The notes under the pieces are model-generated. The model was not told the DNA's origin. It worked only from the letters and a program-made list of their open reading frames with translations, and did not search any database. Shown here in pieces: positions 28,730 to 43,110 of a stretch of 64,000 nt of DNA (position 1 is the first letter of the stretch; each line of letters begins with the position of its first letter). This stretch comes from Eledone cirrhosa (lineage: Eukaryota), in NCBI GenBank assembly GCA_964016885.1, contig OZ024746.1, positions 75,268,001 to 75,332,000 on the forward strand, written 5' to 3'. The translations under genes were made by a program, and so were the position numbers.

Positions 28730-28953
28730 ATACACACACACACAGATATATATATATTATTTTATTATTATTGTTGTTTGTTTTCTTTTTTTTTTTTTTC
28801 TCTATTGCTGAGGTGTAGTAGACTTAGCTGTAAATAATAGCAACTAGATTTTCTCCCTTTTTTTATTTGTCCCCTAATATTTTTTTTCTATCCTTGTTGA
28901 TTAATTAACTCACAGATCCTCCTGTCGACAATAACCAAATAACAATTTCTAAA

Positions 28954-29177
28954 ATAATTTTATTTAAATTCTTCTTTATTCCCTACATGATAATTTTATT
29001 TAAATTCTTCTTTATTCCCTACATGATAATTTTATTTAAATTCTTCTTTATTCCCTACATGATAATTTTATTTAAATTCTTCTTTATTCCCTACATGATA
29101 ATTTTATTTAAATTCTTCTTTATTCCCTACATGATAATTTTATTTAAATTCTTCTTTATTCCCTACATGATAATTTT
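28954..29177. repeat. 36-bp minisatellite, ~6 units
   Basis: ATAATTTTATTTAAATTCTTCTTTATTCCCTACATG repeated exactly. Confidence 0.95.
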
Positions 29178-29875
29178 CTATCACTCAGACTAACCCTCCC
29201 ACATATCAAATATGCTGCAACTATTTGGACTAAGGTTACTTTCCTACTTTCCTTTTCCTCCCAAATTTCTCGGAATCTCCCATTTCAGTCATTAGACAGC
29301 GGCCATGTTGGAGCACCACCGTGAAGATATTTAATCGTTCATTTCGACCCCAAGTACTTACTATTTTCGAGTCTGGTTCTTATTTGATCGATCTTCATAT
29401 GTTTCTATTGGCAGTGTTGTTAGAAGGTCGGATAGAATGCTTTGCAGTATTCGTTTCGGCTTTCTGCTCCCTGAGTTCAAATCCCGCCGAGGTCAACTTG
29501 CCTTTCATCCATGCAAGGTCTAATACTGGGTCACTTCTTCCTTTATATCCTTTTCTCACTTTCATTCTCTCACTCTCTCTATCCTCCCCTGGAAGAAACC
29601 TGGTATATTCAAATCTGGAGAAGAGACGGTCTACGCCAGGTTTAAAAAAAAAAAAAAATGGCCTAGAAACGTCGTATGTCAATACGGCACCTCTACGACA
29701 CCATAGGGAGTTACGGGACCATACATCCATTCATACATCCTCCATACATGCATACATACATACACACATACATACATACATACATACATACACACATACA
29801 TACATACACTCATACATACATACATACATACATACACACATGCATACATGCATACATACATACACACATACATAC

Positions 29876-30460
29876 ATCATCATCATCACTCGTCGACTAC
29901 TGTCGAGATGATGGATCTCACTCTCATGCCCCAGAATCCCCTGTCCCCCATCGCTGCCCCCAGGTCCTGTCTGCTGATTCCCGTATCCCTAGAGATAACG
30001 TCAGGGAATGACAGCTTCCTACTCCTAGTCAGGCTGGAGTCAGGGTTCCAGAGCTAGAGAGCGGATATGATTTCATTGCTGGCACGGTGACAGTGGACAG
30101 CAAATTGAGCTCTCCGGGATTTTAGAAGGGCAGAGGCTCGAGGGAGTTTGCCATAGATTTTAGACAAGGTGGGATGTCGTTTCCAGAATAGGTTTTGCAC
30201 TCTCATTAAGAGGCGGGTATATGTGCCATCCAATCTCCTCTCAAGTTGTGATGTTAGTGTCCAAGCCTCGGATCCATAAAGTAATATGGGCTTAATGGTT
30301 GCTTGGAATATTTCCAGTTTTAGCTTGTTGGTACGTTGAGATGTCCATATGGCGTGCATGGCATTGCACGCTGACCATGCCATACCCTTCCTGGTTAGAA
30401 AATCTTTTTTGGAGGAGGAGATATATGAGCCAAGATACTTGTAATCTTCCACCTGCTTAA
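29876..30460 (-). mobile_element. RTE-clade LINE 3' fragment
   Basis: YKYLGS...RKGMAW...LLYGSEAWT...RLLMRV...H..R motifs; ends in (GAT)n then (GTAT)n tail. Confidence 0.8.
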
Positions 30461-31069
30461 ATGGTGGCTGCCAACTCGTTTTCGAGTACGGCCACTACTT
30501 TATATCCATGTAGAAGAACCCCTACCGATGCGCTGAACGAGTGTGACTTTTTAGTCCAGCCAGCGACTTGAAAACTCCGGTACAAACACTACACTTGTGA
30601 CAATTATTGACACATAGTGCTAGGCCCATGGTACCATGTGACGACTAGTGCAGAGAGATCTCCAGATATAAAGCAATGCCTGTGCCGTGAAGCTTTTATA
30701 GTGAGTAAAGGCACTGCACAAAGCCAGTCCCACTCTCTTAACCAAGATGATATTTACCAAAAAGAAGAACAAGTCAACATCATTGGATACCATCAGGGTT
30801 GCAGGTGTTATATCAGAGTTTTCCTTCTCCTAGAATTCTGCCTTGACAAAGGCTAAGGGGTCATCTCTCCCGGTGATTTTGGATGGCCATTGACTCTTAA
30901 GAGCTCCTTTGCCCTTTGACAGGTTTTGTTTTTAGTCCTGCAGGATGTCCAAAGTCACCCTCCTCACCAAGAAACCTTGGTGGGGTTGCCAGTTTAGCCG
31001 CCAACGACCCGACCATGGACAGGTTGTACTGGGATACATGTTACCAGTAGCACCAACTGGTGACCTGAC
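30461..31069 (-). mobile_element. RTE-derived 610-bp element, full length
   Basis: Reverse complement of 9209-9818. Confidence 0.8.
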
Positions 31070-31126
31070 ATACATACATACATACATACATACATACATA
31101 CATACATACATACATACATACATACA

Positions 31127-31157
<31 letters not shown>

Positions 31158-31159
<2 letters not shown>

Positions 31160-31479
31160 ACACAACTAGTTAGGAAATTACAAGTACAATCCATTAATTG
31201 AACAATAAAAATATGTAAAACATTTCAAAAATGTTGCATCCAATAACTGCATATACACATGTACAGATACAAAGCATATACACATGCACACATACAACTC
31301 AAAACATACACATCCACACATAAAATAACATCCATATCTACACATGCATGCATGCAGACATACATACATATCTACCTAGTTGATGTTGTGTAAATTCCAA
31401 TGAGAGAGTCTTGTGTCTATGTTAGAAACCGACTCTCTCTCTATTGGTAAAACTTTGTGAAATTATAAAACCAGAAGAA
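31158..31479 (+). mobile_element. 3' end fragment of the same RLE LINE family
   Basis: Reverse-complement similarity to 7724-8040; ends AAAACCAGAAGAA-(CATA)n. Confidence 0.8.
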
Positions 31480-31974
31480 CATACATACATACATACATAC
31501 ATACATACATACATACATACATACATACATACATACATACATACATACATACATGCATACGTAGGTACGTACGTTCGTACGTTCGTACATTCGTACGTAC
31601 CTATGCTTCTATCTTTACACAATACCACAATATACCTCACATCACTGCTATTTAGATATTGCACAATGTACCACCTTAATATAGAACTCACTACTTATCG
31701 GTAACCAAGACAGTTATTCCGTGGAAAGAGAATGTTGGAGAACCAGGTGAGTAATACTATAACAATAGTATTTCTGTTAGACAGATAATGTAGTCTTTGT
31801 TTGGTGGGGAATGTTGGGGTGTATGTAGGGGAGGGCGGTTACTTGACCTGCGGGGGTGGTGGCATATACATGTATGTGTGTCAATGTGTGTGTGTGCGCG
31901 GGCACGCGAGTTCACCTACACACATTCACACACAACACACACATATATATATATGCATGTGTCTGTGTGTGTAC

Positions 31975-32039
<65 letters not shown>

Positions 32040-32040
32040 C

Positions 32041-32091
<51 letters not shown>

Positions 32092-32096
32092 TATAC

Positions 32097-32149
<53 letters not shown>

Positions 32150-32158
32150 CATATATAC

Positions 32159-32191
<33 letters not shown>

Positions 32192-32204
32192 CATATATAT
32201 ATAC

Positions 32205-32265
<61 letters not shown>

Positions 32266-32268
32266 TAC

Positions 32269-32362
<94 letters not shown>

Positions 32363-32721
32363 GCACACACATATATATATATCCATGTATATATTATAAT
32401 ATATATATATACTTATATACACACGTACATATGTAAATGTATTCATATACATTATACACCCACATGCATAGATATACATATATTCATTCATGCACATAAA
32501 TATGCTGTATACAGACACACCACATACAGACCTCCACACACACACACACATCCAAACATACAGACTATCAGACAGACATAGAAACATGCCTGTAATGGGG
32601 GCACCACGGTAATGCTGGAAAGAGAGAGAAAGAGAGACCATAGAAGGCCAGTTGTCCAGTCTGTGATCTACTGACTCATTAACAGAGAATCTACAGAGAT
32701 AGAAACAGAGAGGGAGAAGTA

Positions 32722-32769
<48 letters not shown>

Positions 32770-32831
32770 GCAGAGAGAGTGGGTGATATATAGATGGAGA
32801 GATAGAGAGAGAGGTAGAGAGAAAGAGAGGG

Positions 32832-32891
<60 letters not shown>

Positions 32892-33395
32892 GGTAGAGAA
32901 TTATTCACATCGTCTGCGAACTGAACGGAAAACCCGCATTCTCACAATCAACTTTTTGTTCAATGACGTCACAAATGTTGTGTGCATTAGTAGCAGCTTC
33001 TTCTCAGAACTTTCTGTTCTGGAGGTGCTATTGCTTGTTGCTTACTTTCCCGGTATTGTTGTTGTTACTAGTAGATAGAGTATTGGACTTACGACCGTAA
33101 GGTTGTGGGTTCGATTCCTGGGCCTGGAAATGCGTCATGTTCACGAGGAAACTTTATTTCCCACTACTCCTTCTGGGAGAAGTTTGCTCAGACAGCACAC
33201 AGTATCAACAATGGAAAGCCAAAGGGAAACATTGATCTCTTTGGGGGTCCGATCTGATGATCGAAACTTTTCCTTTCAGTTTGTTGTTGTTGCTACTGTT
33301 ATTGCTGTTATTGTTGGTGTTGTTGTTGGTAGTGGTGTTGGCCGTAGTATTATTAATGCTGTTGTTGTTATTGTTTTATTGCTATACAAATGTTT

Positions 33396-33625
33396 CTTTT
33401 TTTTTTTTCTTTTTTTTTTTTAGCCACAAACATGTTTATTTAACTCTACTGGGATGAAAGAATGGTATTTAAACTAATGTAATGGTACGCGATGGGGCCC
33501 ATCCACAACCCCGGCGGACAGAATGGAGAAGGGCGTTTCCCCGGAGGACGGCAAGTGAGACGCTGGAAAAGTTACTCCAACTCGCGGGGCTCACACCTAC
33601 GGCTGGCCAGCTCAGCTCGCTGCTC
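33396..33625 (-). mobile_element. CRE-like non-LTR retrotransposon 3' end with poly(A) tail
   Basis: - strand encodes EPRE..LFQRL/(frameshift)LAVLRGNA, resembling the CRE C-terminal motif RLS.A..RGNA; then AATAAA and a poly(A) run (T-run at 33397-33421). Confidence 0.6.
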
Positions 33626-35143
33626 TTATTATTGTTGTCGTTGCGTTGTTATTGTTGTTGTCGGTGATTGTAGATATAAATATATCGATTGCTGGCAAGA
33701 AAAGTAGAAATTATCCACAGCCTTTGTGGCGTAAAAGCAGAACTGGTCTCCAGCTTATGTCTCTAGATAAATAGGTTATGTAGTTGATGATGGTAGTGTT
33801 GTTATTACTGTTGTTGTTATTATTGTTGTCAGATGTCCGTCGGTCTCCACGAGGAGTGTTCCAGTCGTTTGATCAACGGAACAGCCTGCTCGGAAAATTA
33901 ATACAAGTGACTGAAGATTTCACTGACACGTGTACCTAAGAGCCTTGTTTCACGGTTTCCCCTCCCCACACACACACTTTTTCAAACGTCCATGTTTTAT
34001 TTTTTGCTTATTTGATATAATAAATTCTTTTAAAGCTTATTTCTTTATTTGAATATATCAAATTTAATTAGCGTAAAATGTTACTTATGTAATAGGGTCC
34101 GGGAAAGGCACCATAGGCAAGTTATGCTCCTTTAAGAATCACCTATAACATAGTTCTCAATGATATTCAGGCGTGACAAGCTGCTCTTTGAATTGCAGGT
34201 ACAAAATCCTATTTTTCCATTTGAGTGGGCTGGATGGAGCAACGTGAAATAAAATCTATTGCTCAAGACCCAACGTGTCACCGGGAATCGAACCTAAGAC
34301 CTTGCGACAGTGAACTGAACTTCCTAACCTCTAAATTACGCGTCTTTACGTGCATGTTAGAAGATACAGAAAATGCTGAAAGCATGAGTCAGACAGAAAA
34401 CTGGCAGAGGTACCACATGGCTGTAGAATGTATGATAGAGAAAGAGATATTTGTATTAATATGCTTAATCTGACTAATTATATATATATACATATGCAGT
34501 CATTTTTAGAGATGATGACACCAATGTCATGTCAAAAGGAATAGTCACATGATACCAACAACAAAAACAACGAAAACAATAGTAATAACGATTTCTACAA
34601 TAGGCACAAGGTCAGCAATTTGGGGAACGGAAAAGTCGATTATATCGACCCCAGTGCCTTAACGGTTTATTTTTTTATTACTTTATCGACCCCGTAATGA
34701 TGAAAGGCAGGATTTGAAATCAGAACGTAAAGAGCCATAATTCTGTGCTGCAAAGCATGGTGTCTGACGCTCTACTGATACTGCCAATCTACTGCCCTAT
34801 AATAATAATATTAACAATAAGAAGGGCCAACCAAGAACTGATGGGCCTTATAGCACAAAGTGAGGAAATTGAGAGATAGGGGAATATTTTTGTCACCAGT
34901 ACGTTCAAAGTGTCACAATCACTGATAATAGTGCGAATAACACCACAAACTTATAAAAACATTAAGGAGAGCTTCGTGCAAGATGTGGGAATCCCAAATG
35001 TAAAAGTTAGAAAGAAGCAGGCTTTTAAAAAAGTTCCCAAAGGAACCCCCCAGGTATAGAGATCGAACCACCCGATCTCTAACAGAGCCTGGGGAGAAAC
35101 GGCTCCTCCTCCTCCATTTTTCTCTTTTAGTCATCCAGCCAGC

Positions 35144-35450
35144 ATGGCGATTATAAGAGTAGGTTGTCTAAATGATCAAGGTCTGAAGTCGCCTTGGAAG
35201 CAGGATCGCTTGCTGAACGACCTCAGGTCACTAGATAAGTATATGACTTCCGTCAGCGAAACCACGATTTCCGACACACGCACACTAGCCTCCATTTTAC
35301 ACAACTATCAGATCTTCATATCTCTTAGTTGGACGGGAATGGGAGGCGGGTTGACAGTGTTATTTAAGAAAGGCCTGGTTACGAGATATGGACGATCTTC
35401 TTAGACCCGGGCGGTAAGTTGGTGGTCCTGTATGTAAGCAATATCGAAAG
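35144..35450 (+). pseudogene. APE endonuclease N-terminus of a Tx1/L1-like LINE ORF2, degenerate
   Basis: IRVGCLN..GL..., SET, GGGL.VL motifs. Confidence 0.55.
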
Positions 35451-36433
35451 GGTCACCACTTTAGTTAAGTATAAACTGACAAGAGGGAGAGGGGGGGGTC
35501 ATCAAAAACAGGTAGTGTGGTGCTCTGAAGAGAAAGATTACAGTAGTTTCAATAGGTTTTAGTAAAAAGGTAGCGTTAGAAAAAATAAAAAGGAGTGGGG
35601 GGAGCTGGTAGCTAATTTAGACTAGGCGATTAGAAGTGGCATTGCAACAGACGTGCTAACGGCGAAATCATTATTATTGGCAGTATCGGTGGAGCGTCAT
35701 AGAGTTACGGGCCTTTACGCTCTATGTTCAAATACCGCTGAGGTAAGCTTTTGCCTTTCATCCTTACGGGGTCGATAAAAAAAAGCACTAGTAATACACT
35801 AGGGTCGATTTAATCGACTTTCCCCTTCAAATTGCTGGCCTTGTGCCTCAAGTAGAAACAATTATTATTACTATTATCATTATCATCATCATCATCATCA
35901 TCATCATTTGTAGTATAATATGCAGCATTAGTGTCACAAAGATAAACAGTAATTATAAATTATTGACACAAAGTGTTTTATTACCATATTTCTTCCCTGT
36001 AATTAAAGACCACTTCTATTATCGGCAATGTCTATAATATACGAAACTTCATCAATTTACAAAATGGTAAACAAATAATCCAACACCGCCTCCTCATTCG
36101 CCTACAATACTGGTCGTCAAAATGTCTGTTCTAGTAAGACTGAAATGTCGAAATGTCACATTTGGCAGTATCGCTAGAGCGTCGGACAATATGCTTTACG
36201 GTATATAGTTACGGCCCTTTACGTTCTGAGTTCAAATCCTGCTGAGGTTAGCTTAGCCTTTCATCCTTACGGCGTCGATAAAATAAACCACCAGTAACGC
36301 ACTGGGGTCGATTTCATCGACTTTACCCCTCTCCCCAAATTGTTGGCCATGTGTCCTATAGTAGAAATCGTTATATATATGTATATATCTCTAGTTAGCT
36401 AGCTATCAAGCTCTCTCTATATATGTATATATA

Positions 36434-36473
<40 letters not shown>

Positions 36474-36706
36474 TGCAGGTGTCAAAGACATGGCAAACTC
36501 TCCCTAGTATTTGTGCCACGATAAAAGGTACTGTGTAGAGCTTGGGGAAGTTTTGTAAGCGGGTCGTGGGTCTGTGAGCCGTCCGAACACCTGGTAGAAT
36601 GCGGGAATGTAAGTTAGTGGAATAGAGATTCTATGCCTACATGTGAGGTCATAAGCGCCTCTTGAGTATTGACACGGTGTGTGACAATATATATATATAT
36701 ATATAT

Positions 36707-36967
36707 CTAAGGCGGGTAAAATTCCCGAGATCCATGGACGAGTTCTCTCCAGCGGTCTCTGTCCCTCATTATCGCTGCCATATCCTGCATCTCCAACAGA
36801 CCAGTGTCTGTCCTTAGGGCATCAACATATGTTAACCTTGGTCTTCCTCTTCTAGTGTGTCCATGTAGGGGCTCCCAAAGGAGCACTGAGTGCAATGTCA
36901 ACTCAAAAGTCAGCTCAAAAGTGACACAGAGAAGACTGAGGTTGGCTGGACATGCTCACCGACATCC

Positions 36968-36970
<3 letters not shown>
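36707..36970 (-). mobile_element. RTE-clade LINE 3' fragment with 5' inversion
   Basis: - strand LLWEPLHGHTRRGRPRLTYVD...DRDRW; the immediately upstream peptide [13 protein letters not shown] lies on the + strand at ~36900-36970. Confidence 0.75.
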
Positions 36971-37052
<82 letters not shown>

Positions 37053-37625
37053 CGTCGGCAACATCATTTAGCGTTCGTTTTTCCTAACAAGTGTTGGACA
37101 TGTTGTCACACACCGATATATATACTATTTGAAAGAAAGACGTGGGTGAAAATACGGAAGATACAAACATAAGGACAAATCCCGCTCATCAGTGTCTTCT
37201 GTGGATCACTGTAGTTTCGAATGTATTTGGATTGGCAGTATAGGTAGAGGGTCGGACGCCATGCTTTGGCAAAGAGTTACGGCCCTTTATGGTCTGAGTT
37301 CAAATCTCGCCGAGGTTAACTCTTTGTCTTTCATCCTTACGGGATCGATAAAATAAAGTACCAGTAATACACTGGGATAATTGCTGGCCTTGTGCCAAAC
37401 GTAGACACAATTATATATATATATATATATATATATTAACAAATGGAAACTATATTTATAAAACCATATTTATTTCATTATACATATTTCAAGGGCCACC
37501 AAGGCAGATTATGGTGCGCTTTCATCAGATAAAATATAATATAGATTAGTTTTATAAATAAATATTGACATACCCTGAAAAATGCAACCTTCACGGTTGG
37601 AGTCTTATAAAACTAATCTATATTA

Positions 37626-37691
37626 TATTTTATCTGATGAAAGCGCACCATAATCTTCCTTGGTGGCCCTTGAAATATGTATAATGAAATA
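37626..37691 (+). ncRNA. Type I hammerhead ribozyme
   Basis: TATTTTAT-CTGATGA-AAG.GCACCA...TGGTG..CCTT-GAAA TATGTATA-ATGAAATA; inverted copy at ~37470-37537. Confidence 0.7.
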
Positions 37692-37822
37692 AATATGGTT
37701 TTATAAATATAGTTTCCATTTGTTAATATATTGTATATTTACTCCAATTAATTTGTTGAGTGCTTTATATCAGTTATAAAAATATTTTGCTTGTTGTATC
37801 CCAACAAATTAAATATAACCTC

Positions 37823-37869
<47 letters not shown>

Positions 37870-38675
37870 TGGCGGACTGACCGGTTGCCCAATGGCCCAC
37901 AGTAGCATTGTCCGAGTCCATTGTAGTATTTTAGAGACCATTGCTCTGCTTTCAAAAGATACCTGAAGTCTAAGAGAAAGATTAAAATCTTTTTGAAAAT
38001 AAATAAAATAATTAAACAAAGCATTTGGTCAACCAATCCCCCGGGGAATTAATAGAAACCAAAATATATGATAGTGCAAATAGCTGGAATCAGTGGTTAT
38101 ACATTCTACTAAATCTAAAGCTTAGTGTGTTCATTCATGCATGCAAACATACATACATAGACACACACACACAAGCATATATATAAATTTTGAAAATACC
38201 GTAGATTTATATGTATGAATTTTCAATAAATTTTCGTAGTTGTCTCCGTGGCTTAGCGGTAGGTGTTGGAGATCCTGGACTTGGGGTCAATCCTGGTCGA
38301 CTGGTGCATGTAATGTGTTTCAGTTTTTATTTGTACATCCCATAGCAAAAGACTGAAACGGTTTACCGGGATTCCTACTCCCGACCAGGATCGAACTTCA
38401 GACCGGGATCACCATTGTCTTTGACTCCTCCAACCAGGCTGCCGAGGCAGCTACAAAAGTATAGCGAAAATTAAAATAAATATATATATATATTTTTTGT
38501 TTGTTACCCTAACGTCCCCTTTATTTACGTGTCCCAACGACTTTTTTTTAGCCGTTGTTAGCACCAACCTGAGGTATATGGCCCTTAAAGCGATGAAATG
38601 CCTGGGACGGTTGGAGGGTCACTGATGAAGGACTTACTTTTTCATATGCACCACCATTTGCAACGCGCAGCCATC

Positions 38676-38840
<165 letters not shown>

Positions 38841-39217
38841 CAGGATAGAGCCAGTTTAAAGCTAGTTACACCATTATTCAACAGAGTACTTGAAACTTGG
38901 GGTCGTTGAGTATGGCTATATCATATCGATTCGAGACCCTTATCAGAAAGGAAACCATGAAAAAAAGGGACGATTTTTTTAAAGACATGTGTGGTCAAAT
39001 GTCAGCCAAGTGGAATAAAGTAAATAAGAGGGGAAGCGAGAGGGATGGGGGGGGGGGGTCTTTGGACAAAAAAGAGATTGAAAAGGGGTCAGGCAGGACG
39101 AAGATGGAAATGGTGTGATATTATGCGTGTGTGTTTGTGTGCGGGCGCGTGCATATGTATGGGATGTATTGCCCAATTGTATGGTGTTATTTAAAATGCG
39201 TTCAAGCGAAGCCCGTG

Positions 39218-39272
<55 letters not shown>

Positions 39273-40780
39273 GTCCATGTGTGTGTGTGTGTCCGTCCAT
39301 GTGTGTGTGTGTACGTGTATGTGTCCGTGCATGCGTGTAGTTACTGATCAGGTGTCTGTTTATTTAGCGTGCGATCCAATATATATATAGAGAGAGATGC
39401 TTTGCCTACTAAAATATGTATCGGTTGCTTTACAGTTATATAAGGTAGATATCGCTTCAGTATGTATAACCATATATAGTATAACATTCATTGAGACAGC
39501 AATTCATTGATAAACGAGGTATGAGGTAAATGTGGCAGGAGATGGAGAAAGAGAGAGAGGGGAAGGGAATGAGAGAGGTGGGGAGAGAGAGCAAGCAGTG
39601 ACAGTCAGCGTCTGCAAAAAAAACGAACATTCAATCTATAAATAGATTCATTAGAAGTTCAAAAACTATTCAGAGAGAATGTTTTATCACAGTGATATTG
39701 TTTGTTTCTAGTATGAATGTATCTATGAGTAATTAATTTACTTCCTTCAAAGAACGACTTACCACAGATAACACATTGTTATGATTATGTTGCGTTCTGT
39801 TGTAGTGTGGGCTGTGTTGTGTTATGTTGTAATGTAGGTTGTAACCATATTACTTTGGCTTGCAATAATCTCTAAAACGGTCGATTTGAGCGGAGTTAGA
39901 GCATCGGATACATATTATGTGTCTCTGTCTTCTGAGTTCAAATCGCACCGAGGTCCACTTTCTTTTTCATCCTTTCAGGTACAACGCAACCCTCTTTCCT
40001 TTCAGTTGTCACATCCTGGAAGTTCTGCTAGACCAGTGGTTCCCAAAGTGGGTGCCATGGAAGGAGTGTCTGGGGTTCCGTGAAAACCGTAAAGGAGTAT
40101 ATTTATATTACGACCATATAACTGTATTAGACTTTGGGGTTCACCCAAACGTTTCTGAACCAAAAAGTGTTCCGCGTTTGAAAAGGTTTAGGAAACTCTG
40201 TGCTAGATTAATTGAGGGAAGGAGGATCGAGACGACGTGTGTGTCTGCCCGCGACAACAAGGCACCTAAAACACTTAGTGAAAGCATGCTACATACTACC
40301 AAGTCGTATATGATGGCGTGTGGCGGCAGCATTTTGTTATATTACCTTGCTCAACTAAATAGTTCTTTGTTCGTTTGATAATTTTTATGTTATTCATGTC
40401 TGGGCAAGTCTCAAGGTTACTTTTCCACCAGCTTTACTAAGTTGATTCCAAGATATTACCTCAAAAGTTTAGTTTGGTAGTAAGGAAAGAATTTGTAATA
40501 TTTGTAATATTAGTGGAGTTACAGTTGACATATTTATTACAGGGAACAATAAAAAAAAAATAAAAAAATAAAAAAAAGTATGACTCGTTTCTGTTTCTTA
40601 ATTATATGAAGTATTAAATACTTATTCCAGTCTGTCATGGCTTACCACCTCTACACGAACGTTTAAATTGATTAAATAAAAATTATAATAAATTATGGTG
40701 AAGTAACAGCTGAATGAATGGATAGATGGATATGCACACACATACATGTGAGTGTCTATATATATGTATACACACACACC

Positions 40781-40836
<56 letters not shown>

Positions 40837-40861
40837 AAGTAAAGGAAGGTTGATTACATAT

Positions 40862-40942
<81 letters not shown>

Positions 40943-41733
40943 TCTCTCTCTCTCTCCATTCTCAGATTTTATATACGATAAACTAACGATAAGCTTGGAA
41001 ACAACCCAACGAAATTAGTCTTTACGTAGTTACTCAACCTGTTAGAGATAGTAGCCAAATCTATATATTCCATAATGTCCACTTACTCAGACTGACTTGG
41101 TGGCTAAATAGCAACAACGGACTGTACAAATATAAAATCGTTTAAACATTCTGCTACCAAACCAACTGAAACCACCTCTGATTCTATGTTACAAAGTTAT
41201 ACATTTCAAAATGCTAATATTAAAATGGAACCCTTCCAACATAATTTTATGTATGAAAATGATAAGTTATGTTTCAAATACAAGCTTATTAGTAGATTCT
41301 AATTTAGAGATAAAGCCAGCAGTTTTGCGAGAGGAGAAAGTTGATTGTATCGACCCGAGTATTCGACTAGTGTTGTATTGTATAGACCCCAGAGAGATGA
41401 AAAGCAAAGTTGACACTGGCAGAATTTGAACACAGAACGTAAAGAACCGGTAAAATACAGCAAAGTATTTTGTCCGACGCTCCAACGATTCTGCAAACCA
41501 AGCGTACTAAACAACAGTTTAACCTTTTTTCATACCAATCTTCCCCAAAACGGCTTCTTTGTTCTGTGAAACAAAACAATTCATTTTAAAGGGTTTCTAT
41601 TTAACTTTTATTCAATTTTATTCAAAAATTTGATTTCAGGATCTTTGAATTAATTATGATACAAGTAGTTATTAAATGAAATAGATAATAATTTCAGTAA
41701 ATCTCTCAAAATTCTTCATTAATTCAAATATTT

Positions 41734-42278
41734 CAGATATATCATTACGACAAGGATCATAAAGAAAGATAGTTGACAAAATCCCTACAGATATATCATT
41801 ACGACAAGGATCATAAAGAAAGATAGTTGACAAAATCCCTACAGATATATCATTACGACAAGGATCATAAAGAAAGATAGTTGACAAAATCCCTACAGAT
41901 ATATCATTACGACAAGGATCATAAAGAAAGATAGTTGACAAAATCCCTACAGATATATCATTACGACAAGGATCATAAAGAAAGATAGTTGACAAAATCC
42001 CTACAGATATATCATTACGACAAGGATCATAAAGAAAGATAGTTGACAAAATCCCTACAGATATATCATTACGACAAGGATCATAAAGAAAGATAGTTGA
42101 CAAAATCCCTACAGATATATCATTACGACAAGGATCATAAAGAAAGATAGTTGACAAAATCCCTACAGATATATCATTACGACAAGGATCATAAAGAAAG
42201 ATAGTTGACAAAATCCCTACAGATATATCATTACGACAAGGATCATAAAGAAAGATAGTTAGTTGACAAAATCCCTAC
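41734..42278. repeat. 54-bp minisatellite, 10 units
   Basis: CAGATATATCATTACGACAAGGATCATAAAGAAAGATAGTTGACAAAATCCCTA; identical units except a 4-bp duplication in the last. Confidence 0.95.
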
Positions 42279-42519
42279 AAATTCTCCATTATTAAATATA
42301 TATATATATATGTGTGTTTTATTTGAAATATGGTAAAGAATAAATCAAAATAAAAAATGTTTCTATTTTTCTCGAAAAGCTGAATATAATTAGGTACGGC
42401 TGTCAGGAATGAAACTATAGGAAGTGACGTCATCGACAGAAAAAATTGGTTGAAGAAGTCAACTTTAATTTACCGGCTGGTTACATTGTGAAACAACAGT
42501 CTTACAATGGCGTCGACGG

Positions 42520-43110
42520 CAGCGATGGTGATGGTGGTGGTGATGGTGATGGTGATGGTGATGGTGATGGTGATAGCGGTGTTGTATGTAGTGTTTTTTT
42601 TTATGGTGTTGTTTGTGTTGTTATTGTTTTTGGTGCTGCTGCCGGTTCTCATACTGGTAGTGGTGGTGGTGGTGGTGGTGGTGGCGGTGGTGGTGGTGGT
42701 GGTGGTGGTGGTGGCGGCGTCGGCGGCGGCGGTGGCGGTGGTGGTGGTGGATGTGGTGGCGGTGGCGGTGGTGGTGGTGGATGTGGTGGCGGTGGCGGAT
42801 GTGGTGGCGGTGGCGGTGGTGGTGGTGGATGTGGTGGCGGTGGCGGATGTGGTGGCGGTGACGGTGGTGGTGGTGGATGCGGTGGCGGTGATGGTGGTGG
42901 TGGTGATGATGGCGGATGTGGTGGCGGTGACGGTGGTGGTGGTGGATGCGGTGGCGGTGATGGTGGTGGTGGTGATGATGGTGGTGGTGGTGGCGGATGT
43001 GGTGGCGGTGGCGGTGGTGGTGGTGGTGGCGGCGGTAGGAGGGGGGCTTCTGTAGTGGTGGTGTTGGTGGTAGTAGTGGTGGTGGTGGTGGTGGTGGTGG
43101 TGGTGGTGGT
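42520..43110. repeat. (GGT/GGC/GAT)n trinucleotide field; similar fields at 3908-3960, 4103-4310, 5721-5850, 6147-6340
   Basis: Direct inspection. Confidence 0.9.

Noticed and set aside
41672-42211. 179-aa repeat protein (STIFLYDPCRNDISVGIL)n
   Set aside because: 54-bp tandem repeat with no synonymous variation and no gene context
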